Positions 10,723 through 21,672 of a DNA stretch of 64,000 bases are shown one piece after another. The stretch is from Candidatus Thioglobus sp. MED-G25 (lineage in GTDB: Bacteria > Pseudomonadota > Gammaproteobacteria > Arenicellales > UBA868). Below the pieces are notes generated by a model that was given only the letters and a program-made list of their open reading frames with translations, had not been told where the DNA came from and did not search any database. The DNA is taken from contig NTKC01000007.1 in assembly GCA_002456995.1 (NCBI GenBank), positions 18,705 through 82,704 of the forward strand. The letters run 5' to 3'. How positions within the stretch are numbered: position 1 is the stretch's first letter; each line of letters begins with the position of its first letter. A program made the translations under genes and the position numbers.

Positions 10723-12270
10723 ATGACTAATAAATTAATTGTTTTTGATACAACGTTGAGAGATGGTGAGCAGAGTCCCGGCGCATCAATGACGGCGGAT
10801 GAGAAAATGAGACTGGCTCGGCAACTAGAACGATTAAGAGTAGACGTTATAGAAGCCGGATTTCCAGCTGCCAGTCCCGGAGACTTTGAAGCGGTTCAAC
10901 GAATCGCAGAGCAGGTGAGAGAAACCACGATTTGTGGTCTTGCCCGAGCAAATGCTCGTGATGTCGGCTTAGCCGCAGATGCAGTCAAGCCAGCTGAGTC
11001 TCCGAGAATACACACCTTTATTGCTACTTCTCCTATTCATATGCGGGAGAAGCTGAGAATGTCTCCTGACCAGGTATTGGAACAGGCGGTGTTGTCGGTC
11101 AAGCAAGCTAAAAATAGTACCGGAGATGTGGAGTTCTCACCTGAAGATGCGGGTCGTTCAGATGAGGATTTCTTGTGTCAAATACTTGAAGCAGTTATCG
11201 ATGCTGGCGCGACGACGATTAACATACCAGACACTGTAGGTTATACGATGCCAAGCCAGTTTGGAGACTTGATAGAGAATCTGATGGAGCGGATACCGAA
11301 TTCGGATAAAGCAATATTTTCAGTCCATTGTCACAACGATTTAGGGATGGCTGTCGCTAATTCGTTAGCCGCAGTAATGAAAGGCGCCCGCCAAGTTGAG
11401 TGCACTGTCAATGGACTCGGTGAGCGAGCAGGTAATGCCTCACTTGAAGAGATAGTGATGGCAGTCAGGACAAGACAGGACTTTTTCGACTGTGATACCA
11501 ACGTAGACTCGACACAGATAGTTCCAACGAGTCGGCTAGTTTCGACAATTACCGGATTTTCTGTTCAACCCAATAAGGCGATTGTGGGTGCCAATGCTTT
11601 TGCGCATGAGGCCGGCATTCATCAAGATGGTGTTTTAAAAAGTCGAGAAACTTACGAAATAATGCGAGCGGAAGATGTCGGCTGGTCCGCCAACAAACTT
11701 GTGCTCGGTAAGCATTCGGGTCGTACAGCGTTTACAAAACGTCTTTCAGCTTTGGGGATAGAATTTGAATCTAAAACAGATCGAGATGAGGCTTTTGTAA
11801 GATTTAAGACGTTGGCTGATAAGAAACACGAGATATTTGATGAAGATCTTATAGCTTTGGTCAGTGAGAGTGATTCGGAACAGGTAAATGAAAAACTTCA
11901 ATTGGTGTCGATGAGCACTTCTTCGATAACGGGCGAGATACCGAAAGCTGTCGTTACGCTACGAATTGATGGTACTGACAAAACGGGCTCAGCGACGGGC
12001 GACGGAGCTGTAGATGCCTCATACAAAGCTGTGGAAGCTATTGCTCCTTCAGAGAGTAAACTGCTCTTGTATTCTGTGAATAACATTACAACAGGTACAG
12101 ATGCGCAAGGGGAGGTGAGTGTGCGTCTGGAAAAAGATGGCAGAATTGTCAATGGCAGTGGAGCAGATACCGATATTGTGATTGCCTCGGTAAAGGCTTA
12201 CGTGAACGCGCTAAACAGGCTCAATCAGAGACAGTTTTCCGTCCATCCACAGTTGAGTGATACGGTATAG
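10723..12270 (+). CDS. leuA: 2-isopropylmalate synthase
   Basis: [32 protein letters not shown], and a C-terminal LeuA regulatory domain. Start trimmed from the ORF-track 10669 to ATG 10723, which matches conserved N-termini. Confidence 0.95.
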   Translation: MTNKLIVFDTTLRDGEQSPGASMTADEKMRLARQLERLRVDVIEAGFPAASPGDFEAVQRIAEQVRETTICGLARANARDVGLAADAVKPAESPRIHTFIATSPIHMREKLRMSPDQVLEQAVLSVKQAKNSTGDVEFSPEDAGRSDEDFLCQILEAVIDAGATTINIPDTVGYTMPSQFGDLIENLMERIPNSDKAIFSVHCHNDLGMAVANSLAAVMKGARQVECTVNGLGERAGNASLEEIVMAVRTRQDFFDCDTNVDSTQIVPTSRLVSTITGFSVQPNKAIVGANAFAHEAGIHQDGVLKSRETYEIMRAEDVGWSANKLVLGKHSGRTAFTKRLSALGIEFESKTDRDEAFVRFKTLADKKHEIFDEDLIALVSESDSEQVNEKLQLVSMSTSSITGEIPKAVVTLRIDGTDKTGSATGDGAVDASYKAVEAIAPSESKLLLYSVNNITTGTDAQGEVSVRLEKDGRIVNGSGADTDIVIASVKAYVNALNRLNQRQFSVHPQLSDTV

Positions 12271-12285
12271 ACGGTCCAACAGCTC

Positions 12286-12948
12286 TTGGCAATACACCAT
12301 AGATCGCAGCACTTACGAGAGATCGGGATTGTCCGGTGGCAAAGGAGAGAGTCGAGCACATCATCGGCTAGGGCAAGTCGTGGCAGTATCGAACTGAAGG
12401 CACTATCGGATAAGGTTCAGCAGTGTCAGGCATGCAGCCTTCATCTGGGCCGACAGAACACGGTCTTCGGTCATGGCCCCATAGAAGCGGACTGGTTGTT
12501 TGTGGGCGAAGCTCCTGGTTCGGAAGAGGATAAACAAGGCTTACCGTTCGTGGGTCGTGCGGGCCAGTTGTTAAATTCAATATTGTTTAGCATCGGATTA
12601 GCGCGGGACGAGGTCTATATCACCAATGTGCTCAAGTGCAGGCCACCGGGTAACAGAGATCCGATGGGAGAAGAAGTGATTCAATGTGAACCCTACCTGC
12701 ACGATCAGATCGACCACATCAAACCAGAGATTATCGTCGCAATGGGCCGCTTTGCAGCCCAAGCACTACTGAAGTCCACAGCATCGATAGCGGAATTGCG
12801 TGGCCAAAGACATGAATACTCAGATTTAAAGATTCCTTTGATAGTCACTTATCACCCGGCGTATCTACTCCGCTCACTGTTGGAGAAAAAAAAGGTGTGG
12901 AAAGATTTACAGTTCGCACAATCTCTGGTCGATGGATCTGAAAATTAA
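12286..12948 (+). CDS. Uracil-DNA glycosylase, family 4
   Basis: Family-4 motifs [23 protein letters not shown] and HPAYLLR, plus a Cys cluster CQACSL. TTG start; the N-terminal boundary is uncertain. Confidence 0.85.
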   Translation: MAIHHRSQHLREIGIVRWQRRESSTSSARASRGSIELKALSDKVQQCQACSLHLGRQNTVFGHGPIEADWLFVGEAPGSEEDKQGLPFVGRAGQLLNSILFSIGLARDEVYITNVLKCRPPGNRDPMGEEVIQCEPYLHDQIDHIKPEIIVAMGRFAAQALLKSTASIAELRGQRHEYSDLKIPLIVTYHPAYLLRSLLEKKKVWKDLQFAQSLVDGSEN

Positions 12949-13268
12949 CGGTCAGTATGACCTAGGGATAGTGCGGCCTATGGCCCATTCAAATATCACT
13001 CAAGTTGCGGAGATAGAACGAAAAATCACATTTCACCCATTGAGCCTGAACACATTCTCCGTATCTCTTAAACCAGGATATAAATATTGAATTATTGATT
13101 CCGATGATCCAGTCAACGCTCTTGCGACCGAGCAGAGGATGCATTCGTTATGGAATGGGTTCTAGAGCCTGCGGCCGTGATGATGAAGTGACCTTCACTG
13201 GTTATCGCTGTAGAGCGACTGACGGAGTCATGATGGGTAAACTCCCATTATTAGACAATCTGTTATGA
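12932..13268 (+). pseudogene. rimI: Eroded rimI-like (GNAT, ribosomal-protein-alanine acetyltransferase) relic
   Basis: ATG 12932 opens a 52-codon frame ...VRPMAHSNITQVAEIERKITFHPLSLNTFSVSLKPGYKY. This matches the RimI N-terminus (E. coli HIEQRAHAFPWSEKTF gives 7 of 15 identities). It ends at TGA 13088-13090. A shifted frame (13092-13268) ends GVMMGKLPLLDNLL, resembling GNAT motif A (G-x-G-x-x-LL-x-x-L). No intact GNAT-length ORF is present. rimI often neighbours family-4 UDG genes. Confidence 0.55.
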
Positions 13269-13296
13269 GTTATCGGATTATTTAGGGTAGTAGTCT

Positions 13297-14004
13297 ATGG
13301 ACAACTGGTTTAATACCGAGCTTGGAAGCTGTTTTACAAACGAAGCATGTGCCCATGTACCTAGTTTAATTCCCTATGGGTATCATGGAGTGGCATTGCA
13401 GATCGGGGCGACAGAACAGGATTTGCTGGCCAATATCGATTGTGGGCAACGAATTTATGTTGCTCCGGGACGCGGTAAACTAAATGGAACCCAAGTTTGT
13501 TCTGACTGGGACGCGTTGCCTTTCGAACGTAGGTCTATGGATCTTGTTGTCCTGTTCCACGCGTTAGATTTCGGGAAAGACCCCGGCGGAGTATTACGAG
13601 AAGTCAGCGAAATCTTAGCACCCGAAGGGCATTTGGTTGTACTGGGGCTGAATCCCTTTGGGATCTGGGGTGTCTGCCGGTTGCTTAAATTTCATAAAAG
13701 CTCAATGCCGTGGACAGCAAACTACTTTCCACTGACGAGAGTTCAGGACTGGATAAACTTGTTGGGGTTTGTAACGGTAGGTGGGACAATGTATTTCTAT
13801 CGGCCACCTATCAATAATGAATCTATATTGCGTCGGCTACAATTTATGGAGTTGGCCGGTCGACGATGGTGGCCGGCGCTTTCTGGCGCTTATATTCTTG
13901 TAGCTAAGAACAAAGCCCTTAACATTCATACAAAACATGTTAAGACCGTGTTAAAAGGTATCCGGCAACGACACCGACTCCAAACGTTAACTCGAAAATC
14001 CTGA
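13297..14004 (+). CDS. Class I SAM-dependent methyltransferase-fold protein (YafS-like)
   Basis: 235 aa with DLVVLFHALDF...LREVSEILAPEGHLVVLGLNP (methyltransferase post-I/II region). Lies immediately upstream of rnhA-dnaQ, like the methyltransferase gene next to rnhA in E. coli and Pseudomonas. Confidence 0.6.
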   Translation: MDNWFNTELGSCFTNEACAHVPSLIPYGYHGVALQIGATEQDLLANIDCGQRIYVAPGRGKLNGTQVCSDWDALPFERRSMDLVVLFHALDFGKDPGGVLREVSEILAPEGHLVVLGLNPFGIWGVCRLLKFHKSSMPWTANYFPLTRVQDWINLLGFVTVGGTMYFYRPPINNESILRRLQFMELAGRRWWPALSGAYILVAKNKALNIHTKHVKTVLKGIRQRHRLQTLTRKS

Positions 14005-14039
14005 CTACGACGTTCAATTAGGAAAACCGGTAGAAAGCA

Positions 14040-14480
14040 ATGACTGAGCGATGGGTAATTTATACAGATGGAGCCTGTCGTGGCAATCCGGGACCCGGAG
14101 GTTGGGGTGCGGTTCTGTATCAAGGCGAAGAGATGAATGAACTCAGTGGTGCTGTGTCAAATACGACTAACAATCGGATGGAATTGGTCGCTCCTGTAGA
14201 AGCACTTGATGTGCTTCCGGACTCCAGTCTTGTGTCACTCTATACCGACTCGCAGTACGTCAAGAATGGTATAACTGTGTGGATATCAAACTGGAAGCGA
14301 AACGGCTGGAAAACATCGAACGGCAAACAGGTAAAAAATCAGGATCTGTGGCAGGCCCTAGACCAATCGACCCGGCGCCATGTTGTCGAGTGGTATTGGG
14401 TAAAAGGCCATTCTGGCGATGCTGGAAACGAAAGAGCCGATGAGTTGGCCAATCAAGCGATTGAACAAATGTTTGCTTAG
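14040..14480 (+). CDS. rnhA: Ribonuclease HI
   Basis: [30 protein letters not shown] and [18 protein letters not shown]. Confidence 0.95.
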   Translation: MTERWVIYTDGACRGNPGPGGWGAVLYQGEEMNELSGAVSNTTNNRMELVAPVEALDVLPDSSLVSLYTDSQYVKNGITVWISNWKRNGWKTSNGKQVKNQDLWQALDQSTRRHVVEWYWVKGHSGDAGNERADELANQAIEQMFA

Positions 14481-14512
14481 ATGGCCTGAGATTGGGTAAC
14501 TATAATAACGAT

Positions 14513-15250
14513 ATGAGACAAGTTATTTTAGATACTGAAACGACTGGGTTAGATTGGAAGCTAGGCCATCGCGTCATCGAGATAGGCTGTATCGAGGTAT
14601 CAGATCGTCGGATTACAGAACATATTTTTCATAGTTACGTCAATCCGGACAGGCGAGTCGACCCGGAAGCTCAAGAAGTGCATGGACTCACCACAGAATT
14701 TCTGTTGGACAAGCCAAGATTCTCAGAAGTCCTAGAAGAATTTCTGTTGTTTATTGAAGGCTGTGAACTGGTCATCCACAATGCGTCATTTGATGTTGGG
14801 TTTTTAGACAATGAAATCAGATTAATTGATACAGCACGTCGGAAAATTGGGGATTATTGCCAGGTCGTAGACAGTTTGGCACTGGCGCGACAACTGCATC
14901 CCGGCCAGCGAAATAGTCTCGATGCTTTAGCCAAACGCTATCAGGTCGATACCAGTCAGAGAACCTATCATGGAGGCCTACTGGATGCGAGGATTTTGGC
15001 AGAGGTCTATCTCGCAATGACCGGTGGGCAGGCAGACCTCTCTTTTGATGTAAGTGACCCACAGAAGAAGTTCAGAGGGAGTAATCGGGATGTCGATCGG
15101 GATTCTGCACCAGACCCCAGTGACAGAACTGGCTTTTCAGACGACAAATCGATAGTCATTTCTGCCAGCGCAGATGAGATTTTAGAACATAAAAAATGGC
15201 TCGACAGACTAGGTGATAACTGTGTCTGGAAATCTGATTTGGAATCTTGA
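14513..15250 (+). CDS. dnaQ: DNA polymerase III epsilon subunit (3'-5' exonuclease)
   Basis: Exo motifs VILDTETTG, HNASFDVGFL and HGGLLDARILAEVY. Start trimmed from TTG 14492 to ATG 14513. Confidence 0.95.
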   Translation: MRQVILDTETTGLDWKLGHRVIEIGCIEVSDRRITEHIFHSYVNPDRRVDPEAQEVHGLTTEFLLDKPRFSEVLEEFLLFIEGCELVIHNASFDVGFLDNEIRLIDTARRKIGDYCQVVDSLALARQLHPGQRNSLDALAKRYQVDTSQRTYHGGLLDARILAEVYLAMTGGQADLSFDVSDPQKKFRGSNRDVDRDSAPDPSDRTGFSDDKSIVISASADEILEHKKWLDRLGDNCVWKSDLES

Positions 15251-15363
15251 TTGAAGCGTGTTGAGATCAAATTCGCACTGAACAATTCTTGATATTGTGG
15301 GCAGGTGAGCCTCAAATCCTTAGACGGTTATAGTTTCACGTAATAATTAGGGAGGAGAAGAAA

Positions 15364-17301
15364 ATGGATGACAACCGAATATATCCGGTCGCTTTGCGCT
15401 ATGCAGAAGAAGCCTACATTGATGAGGCCCGCTACCAGGAGATGTATCGCCGGTCAATCGAAAATCCCGAAGAATTTTGGTCGGAACAAGCGGAGAAATA
15501 CCTGACTTATACCAAGAAATGGGATCAGGTAATGAGTTATGACTACGTCACTGGAGCAATTTCATGGTTTAGTGGTGCAAAACTCAATGCAACGGTTAAT
15601 TGTATTGATCGTCATCTTGAGGCTCGAGGTGATCAGATTGCGATCATCTGGGAGGGCGATGATCCATCTGAACAGAAGCATATTTCCTACAAAGAGTTAC
15701 ATGAAAGTGTTTGCCGATTTGCCAATCTTTTGAAATCACGCGGAGTGGGAAAAGGGGACCGGGTATCTATCTACATGCCGATGATTCCTGAAGCTGCAGT
15801 CGCTATGCTGGGATGTGCTCGGATCGGGGCTGTCCACTCCGTGGTGTTTGGCGGCTTTTCTCCAGATTCGTTAAGAGATCGTATCCTGGACTCAGATTGC
15901 CGTGTTGTTGTAACAGCAGACGAGGGGCCCCGTGGGGGACGACCAGTCCCACTTAAAGCAAACGTTGAGACAGCGCTTGCAGAATGCCCAGATGTGCATA
16001 CCACAATCGTTGTACGAAGGACGGGTGCTGAAGTCCCTGGTGACGCAAAACGAGATATCTGGTATCACGAAGGCATGGCAAGTGTATCGCCAGATTGTCA
16101 GCCTGAAGAGATGGATGCAGAGGACCCCCTGTTTATTCTCTATACGTCAGGTTCTACCGGAAAGCCTAAGGGCGTGTTACACACGACCGCGGGTTATCAA
16201 CTCTATGCAGCGATGACTCACCAACTGGTATTTGATTATAAAGACGGTGAGGTCTATTGGTGCACGGCTGACGTAGGTTGGATCACAGGTCACTCATATA
16301 TTGTTTATGGCCCTTTGGCTAACGGTGCAACTACGTTGATGTTTGAGGGAGTGCCAACCTATCCCGACGGGAGTCGCTTCTGGAATGTTGTGGATAAACA
16401 TGCGGTCAACATTTTTTACACAGCACCAACGGCTATTCGGGCGCTGATGAGTCTAGGGGATGGTCCCGTGCTAAGTGCTGATCGTACTAGCCTTCGTATA
16501 TTGGGTACTGTAGGTGAGCCGATCAACCCAGAAGCCTGGGAATGGTATTACCGAGTTGTGGGGGGGCAACAGTGCCCTATTGTAGACACATGGTGGCAGA
16601 CAGAGACCGGCGGTATTCTAATCACACCGCTGGTTGGAGCGACGCCACTGAAGCCAGGGTCGGCTACCAGACCATTTTTTGGAATCCAGCCAGCGCTTCT
16701 GGATGATGAAGGGAATGAAGTTGATGGTGCGGGTGTGGGTAATTTGGTTATCAGGCGTTCATGGCCAGGGCAGATGCGAACCGTGTACGGTGACCACGAA
16801 CGTTTCGTATCTACTTATTTTGCCAGGTACCCTGGATATTATATGACTGGAGATGGTGCCCGCAGAGATGAGGACGGTTATTACTGGATCACAGGTCGAG
16901 TTGATGATGTTATTAACGTTTCGGGTCATCGAATGGGAACCGCTGAGGTTGAAAGCGCTCTGGTATTGCATGACCTGGTCGCGGAGGCAGCTGTTGTTGG
17001 ATATCCGCACGAGATCAAGGGACAGGGGATCTACGGTTATGTCACATTGATGGTGGGTAGTGATCCCAGTGACGAGCTTAAGAGAGATCTCGTTAATCTT
17101 GTGCGCAAAGAAATAGGCCCATTTGCAGCGCCCGATATAATCCAATGGGCACCCGGCTTGCCGAAAACCCGCTCGGGAAAAATTATGCGTCGAATTTTGA
17201 GAAAGATAGCCGCCAGTGAGATTGATGACTTGGGAGATACATCGACTCTGGCGGATCCTAGCGTCGTAGACGACTTGGTGGCTAACCGACCGAACCGCTA
17301 G
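15364..17301 (+). CDS. acs: Acetyl-CoA synthetase
   Basis: AMP-binding motif [19 protein letters not shown] and C-terminal [17 protein letters not shown]. 645 aa. Strong RBS GGGAGGAG. Confidence 0.95.
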   Translation: MDDNRIYPVALRYAEEAYIDEARYQEMYRRSIENPEEFWSEQAEKYLTYTKKWDQVMSYDYVTGAISWFSGAKLNATVNCIDRHLEARGDQIAIIWEGDDPSEQKHISYKELHESVCRFANLLKSRGVGKGDRVSIYMPMIPEAAVAMLGCARIGAVHSVVFGGFSPDSLRDRILDSDCRVVVTADEGPRGGRPVPLKANVETALAECPDVHTTIVVRRTGAEVPGDAKRDIWYHEGMASVSPDCQPEEMDAEDPLFILYTSGSTGKPKGVLHTTAGYQLYAAMTHQLVFDYKDGEVYWCTADVGWITGHSYIVYGPLANGATTLMFEGVPTYPDGSRFWNVVDKHAVNIFYTAPTAIRALMSLGDGPVLSADRTSLRILGTVGEPINPEAWEWYYRVVGGQQCPIVDTWWQTETGGILITPLVGATPLKPGSATRPFFGIQPALLDDEGNEVDGAGVGNLVIRRSWPGQMRTVYGDHERFVSTYFARYPGYYMTGDGARRDEDGYYWITGRVDDVINVSGHRMGTAEVESALVLHDLVAEAAVVGYPHEIKGQGIYGYVTLMVGSDPSDELKRDLVNLVRKEIGPFAAPDIIQWAPGLPKTRSGKIMRRILRKIAASEIDDLGDTSTLADPSVVDDLVANRPNR

Positions 17302-17416
17302 CCTATCAGTTGTTCTCGAAGAGAAAGGCGGTTAAAATCCGCTACCCTTGATGACCTCCGATTAACTCCTTGCTTCACTGCGAAAAGTAGGAAGCTCGAC
17401 CCATAGGGAGAAACTT

Positions 17417-17932
17417 ATGCGCCATTACGAGATAGTATTTCTCGTCCATCCTGATCAAAGTGAGCAGGTTCCTGCAATGACCGAACGCTATAAGGGCTTT
17501 ATAGAGAACGCGGGCGGTCAGTTACACAGACTGGAAGACTGGGGCAGGCGTCAATTAGCCTATCCTATTGAGAAGGTTCACAAAGCCCATTACGTGTTGA
17601 TGAACGTGGAGTGTGATCAACCAACGCTCGATGGAATGAACGACTTGTTTAAATTCAACGATGCAGTTATCAGGAATCTGGTTATCAAAATGAAAACTGC
17701 AGTAACCGAACCATCATTCTTGGTGCAAAGTGGGGAAAGTAATAATGTTGTATCCGAACCTGAGGGGCTTAGTAATGAGCCCGTAGAAGCAGCGGCTGCC
17801 AATGAGAATTCGGGTGCTGATAAGGAAGGGGAGAGTGAGGCAGTGGATGAGCCGTCGTTGGAGGAATCAGCGTCAGTGGACAAAGATTCTATTACTTCTT
17901 CAGATTCTGAAGCTGAGGTACCGCAGACATGA
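17417..17932 (+). CDS. rpsF: 30S ribosomal protein S6 with a long acidic C-terminal extension
   Basis: [18 protein letters not shown]...RRQLAYPI is a canonical S6 core. It is followed by rpsR with an ATGA overlap. Confidence 0.9.
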   Translation: MRHYEIVFLVHPDQSEQVPAMTERYKGFIENAGGQLHRLEDWGRRQLAYPIEKVHKAHYVLMNVECDQPTLDGMNDLFKFNDAVIRNLVIKMKTAVTEPSFLVQSGESNNVVSEPEGLSNEPVEAAAANENSGADKEGESEAVDEPSLEESASVDKDSITSSDSEAEVPQT

Positions 17933-18150
17933 GAAACAACCGCCGTCGTAAATTCTGTCGTTTTACTGCTTTGGGTGTAACCAAGATTGACTATAAAGAC
18001 CTGGATACTCTTAAATCTTATATTAGTGAGACGGGAAAAATAATTCCCAGTAGAAATACGGGAACGAAACCGCGCTATCAACGCCAACTGGCGACTTCGG
18101 TTAAAAGAGCACGCTTCCTGGCTTTACTTCCGTATAGTGACCAGCATTAG
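17929..18150 (+). CDS. rpsR: 30S ribosomal protein S18
   Basis: [41 protein letters not shown]...[19 protein letters not shown]. Confidence 0.95.
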   Translation: MRNNRRRKFCRFTALGVTKIDYKDLDTLKSYISETGKIIPSRNTGTKPRYQRQLATSVKRARFLALLPYSDQH

Positions 18151-18187
18151 TATCGTTTTAGACCCAGTGTTTTGGAGAAATTGAGAG

Positions 18188-18673
18188 ATGGAAATCATAC
18201 TGCTGGAAAATATACAAAACCTTGGAGAGTTAGGAGACGTTGTACGAGTGCGATCCGGTTATGCCCGTAATTATCTAGTGCCACAAGGCAAGGCGGCATG
18301 GGCGACTGATGATGCAAAGGCGCGGGTTGAAGAACGCCGCAAAGAGCTTGCAAAGCTAGATAGTGAAAGAATGGATGCGGCAAAGGCTAAGGTCGACTTA
18401 TTGCCGGAATCTGTGACTGTTGCCCGTAGAGCTGGCGAAGAGGGTAGACTGTTTGGCTCTGTATCTGCGATAGATATTGCGGAATTATTACAAAACGCGG
18501 AATTGGCTATCCAGCGTTCTGAAATCGATATGCCTAATGGATCAATTAAAGAATTAGGAGAACACGAAATTCAGATAATACTTCACTCACAGGTTAGGCA
18601 ATCGCTGAAGGTTGTGGTGACTGCTGAACAGGTAGAAGATAGCGAGGGCGTTCAGGAAGAAATAATATCCTGA
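18188..18673 (+). CDS. rplI: 50S ribosomal protein L9
   Basis: MEIILLENIQNLGELGDVVRVRSGYARNYLVPQGKA is the conserved L9 N-domain. Confidence 0.95.
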   Translation: MEIILLENIQNLGELGDVVRVRSGYARNYLVPQGKAAWATDDAKARVEERRKELAKLDSERMDAAKAKVDLLPESVTVARRAGEEGRLFGSVSAIDIAELLQNAELAIQRSEIDMPNGSIKELGEHEIQIILHSQVRQSLKVVVTAEQVEDSEGVQEEIIS

Positions 18674-18698
18674 GCTGCTTATGTTATTTGCCTCATGA

Positions 18699-18722
18699 GC
18701 CGGACAAAATGTCCGGCTTTTT
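18699..18722 (+). terminator. Rho-independent terminator after rplI
   Basis: Perfect 8-bp stem GCCGGACA / TGTCCGGC (18699-18706 and 18710-18717), loop AAA, followed by TTTTT at 18718-18722. Confidence 0.8.
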
Positions 18723-18827
18723 CGTGTATTCTTGTCTGGTCAAATACTGTAACCGAATAGTGACAGCCGTCCACTGATTTGTTGTAAAGTTATCCGCATG
18801 TAATGCATTGAATTTTGAACGTTTCCA

Positions 18828-20210
18828 ATGTCAGAGACCCAGGCAATAATCTCAACCCGACGCGACTACCCTGTACCGCCACAAGCGCTTGAAGCTGAGC
18901 AGTCGGTTCTGGGTTGCCTACTTTTGGATTCCAGGCGATGGGATGATGTGGTAGAAGTTGTTTTAGAAGAGGACTTCTACACCAAGGCGCATCGACAGAT
19001 ATTTGCGGCTATAAATGCGCTTCATGCTGCGGATCAACCGGTAGACGTCGTCACAACATCAGAGTGGTTAGGTAATTGCGGTATGCTCGATAAGGTCGGT
19101 GGCCTTCCTTATCTGGGAGAACTGGCTAAGAATACACCGGGGACGGTTAACGTCATAGCTTATGCTGCGATAGTCCGAGAAAGATCGGTATTACGACGTT
19201 TAATCAATGTTTCTACACAGATTTCAGAAAAAGCTTACAACCCTGAAGGTTCCAATGTAGAAGAATTATTAGGGTACGCGGAAAAGCTGGTGTTCGATAT
19301 AGCTGAAGCCGACAAGCGCCAGAAGGGCGGATTCGTGCCGGTGCAGAATCTCCTGACAGAAGCACTGGATAGAATAGAGGAGCTTTATGAATCCGGACAA
19401 TCCATTACAGGCGTACCGACGGGGTTCGGCGACCTGGATAACATGACATCAGGCCTTCAACCTTCCGATCTTGTGGTTATTGCTGGTCGACCATCGATGG
19501 GTAAAACCAGTCTTGCAATGAACATAGTTGAGAATGCCGCAATCGGGAGCAAACTACCTGTTGCGGTATTCAGCATGGAAATGCCTGGCCAGCAACTTGC
19601 CATGCGAATGCTTGCATCTTTGGGCAGAATTAATGCACATCACGTCAGGACAGGGAAACTCTCCAAGGACGACTGGCCTCGTCTGACCTCAGCTGTGGAA
19701 TTGCTTGATACTGCTCCGATATTTGTTGATGATACTCCGGCACTTACGCCGGTTGAACTAAGGTCTCGCGTTCGCAGGCTATCACGGGATCATGGGCAAC
19801 TCGGTATGATCGTAGTTGACTATCTACAGTTGATGCAGTCCGGTGACAACAGCGAAAATAGAGCCGTTGAAGTATCCAATATTACCAGGGCACTGAAGAT
19901 TATCGCCAAGGAGATGTCTGCACCCGTGGTCGTGCTTTCACAGTTAAATCGGAGTCTGGAACAAAGACCTAACAAAAGGCCTGTAATGTCTGATCTTAGA
20001 GAATCTGGCGCGATAGAGCAGGATGCTGACGTTATATTTTTTATTTATAGAGATGAGATCTACAATGAAGATACTCAGGATCGTGGTACAGCCGAAATCA
20101 TCATAGGAAAGCAAAGAAACGGCCCGACCGGGACCGTTCGCCTGACATTTTTGGGTGAGTACACTCGGTTTGAGAACTATGTTTCTGAATTTTCAGAGCC
20201 TTTGTATTAA
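18828..20210 (+). CDS. dnaB: Replicative DNA helicase
   Basis: PPQALEAEQSVLG N-terminal motif, Walker A GRPSMGKTS, SQLNRSLEQR and IIGKQRNGPTG. 460 aa with no intein insertion. Confidence 0.95.
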   Translation: MSETQAIISTRRDYPVPPQALEAEQSVLGCLLLDSRRWDDVVEVVLEEDFYTKAHRQIFAAINALHAADQPVDVVTTSEWLGNCGMLDKVGGLPYLGELAKNTPGTVNVIAYAAIVRERSVLRRLINVSTQISEKAYNPEGSNVEELLGYAEKLVFDIAEADKRQKGGFVPVQNLLTEALDRIEELYESGQSITGVPTGFGDLDNMTSGLQPSDLVVIAGRPSMGKTSLAMNIVENAAIGSKLPVAVFSMEMPGQQLAMRMLASLGRINAHHVRTGKLSKDDWPRLTSAVELLDTAPIFVDDTPALTPVELRSRVRRLSRDHGQLGMIVVDYLQLMQSGDNSENRAVEVSNITRALKIIAKEMSAPVVVLSQLNRSLEQRPNKRPVMSDLRESGAIEQDADVIFFIYRDEIYNEDTQDRGTAEIIIGKQRNGPTGTVRLTFLGEYTRFENYVSEFSEPLY

Positions 20211-20315
20211 CCTGCGGGGAATCTTGTTAGACCTAAGTGCTGGATCGAAGCAAGAGCTAGATAGCCACCATAAATTGAATCTTTTCATTTGAGCCTATAG
20301 GGAAATATTGGAGTA

Positions 20316-21671
20316 ATGCCAGCGAAAGGAAAGATTACTTATATCTGTAGCTCGTGTGGCGCCAAGCACCCGAAATGGACCGGCCAGTGTAATGACTGCG
20401 GAATATGGAATTCCTTGTCAGAAACAAAGATTGTCCATTCAGCCAAATCTATTCATGACGTTGACCAGGCAGACAGTGTTCCAATCGATCTATCCAGTAT
20501 CCAAGTGGCACAGATTGCCCGAATGTCGACGGGTTCCAGCGAGTTCGATCGGGTCCTCGGCGGTGGGTTCGTAGAGGGAGCAGTAACGCTACTTGGAGGC
20601 GAACCAGGAATAGGAAAGAGCACTTTAGCCCTCCAATGTGCTGGCAGTCTTTCGGTTGCCGATTCGGTTCTTTACACCACGGGGGAAGAGTCTCTGCAAC
20701 AACTTGCCCTAAGGGCAAGTCGTACAAAGATAGAGAGCTCAAACATCAAGATCATAGCAACTTCGGAACTCGAAACGGTTTTGCACGTTGCTAAGTCGAC
20801 AGGTCCGAAGTTTGTAGTGATTGACTCGATTCAAACCTTGTTTTCCACAGAACAGGAATCTGCGCCAGGCAGTATCAGTCAAGTCCGAGCTTGTGCAGAT
20901 CGGTTGGTGAGGTTTGCCAAGTCGACAAGTACCGCAATTCTTATGATAGGACATATAACAAAAGATGGTGTGCTTGCTGGCCCTAAATTGCTTGAGCATA
21001 TAGTCGACACTGTCTTGTACTTTGAAGGAGATGCGGACAGTCGGTTACGACTGGTTAGGGCTTTCAAAAACAGATTCGGCGCCGTAAATGAGGTAGGCGT
21101 ATTTGTAATGACTGATTCAGGCCTAAGGGGTGTAGAGAATCCATCATCCATGCTTCTATCTTCGGATAACACGGATAAACCTGGGAGTGTCGTCCTGGTC
21201 GCACAGGAGGGCACGCGACCGTTGTTGGTTGAGCTCCAAGCGTTGGTCGACGATACTGTGCTTGCAACGCCTCGCAGACTTTCCATAGGTCTTGACGGTG
21301 GCCGAATTAGCATGTTGCTGGCAGTGTTAAGCAGACATGCTGGTGTTACCCTGGGCAACAGGGATGTCTATGTTAACGTTGCGGGGGGCATAAAATTATC
21401 AGAAACAGCCACAGATGTTGCTATAGCTTTAGCGGTTTTGTCTAGTCATTTTAACAAACCGTTACCAGCCGGCACAGTATGTTTTGGCGAAATAGGATTG
21501 TCTGGTGAGGTCAGACCAGTTCAACGCGGCCAGGAGCGACTTAAGGAAGCAAAAAAACTCGGATTCAGAAAAGCCATAATTCCACAGGCAAACCAAGCGA
21601 CTCATGGTCCAGAGAAACTAGAGGTTGTTCCAATAAAAAATGTCAGTGAGTTGTTGGAACTCCTGCATTGA
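20316..21671 (+). CDS. radA: DNA repair protein RadA/Sms
   Basis: Zinc finger CSSCGAKHPKWTGQCNDCG, Walker A GEPGIGKST, the KNRFG motif and a Lon-like C-terminal domain. Confidence 0.95.
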   Translation: MPAKGKITYICSSCGAKHPKWTGQCNDCGIWNSLSETKIVHSAKSIHDVDQADSVPIDLSSIQVAQIARMSTGSSEFDRVLGGGFVEGAVTLLGGEPGIGKSTLALQCAGSLSVADSVLYTTGEESLQQLALRASRTKIESSNIKIIATSELETVLHVAKSTGPKFVVIDSIQTLFSTEQESAPGSISQVRACADRLVRFAKSTSTAILMIGHITKDGVLAGPKLLEHIVDTVLYFEGDADSRLRLVRAFKNRFGAVNEVGVFVMTDSGLRGVENPSSMLLSSDNTDKPGSVVLVAQEGTRPLLVELQALVDDTVLATPRRLSIGLDGGRISMLLAVLSRHAGVTLGNRDVYVNVAGGIKLSETATDVAIALAVLSSHFNKPLPAGTVCFGEIGLSGEVRPVQRGQERLKEAKKLGFRKAIIPQANQATHGPEKLEVVPIKNVSELLELLH

Positions 21672-21672
21672 C

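Noticed and set aside
17929-17932. Absence of priB between rpsF and rpsR (E. coli has rpsF-priB-rpsR-rplI)
   Set aside because: rpsF and rpsR directly overlap here. Lack of priB in this operon is normal for Pseudomonas-type gammaproteobacteria, so this is not an anomaly.
17617-18087. 156-aa minus-strand ORF overlapping the rpsF tail and rpsR
   Set aside because: It lies antisense to two unambiguous ribosomal protein genes. Its Ser/Ala-rich composition is the mirror image of the acidic S6 tail codons. It has no recognisable motif or RBS.
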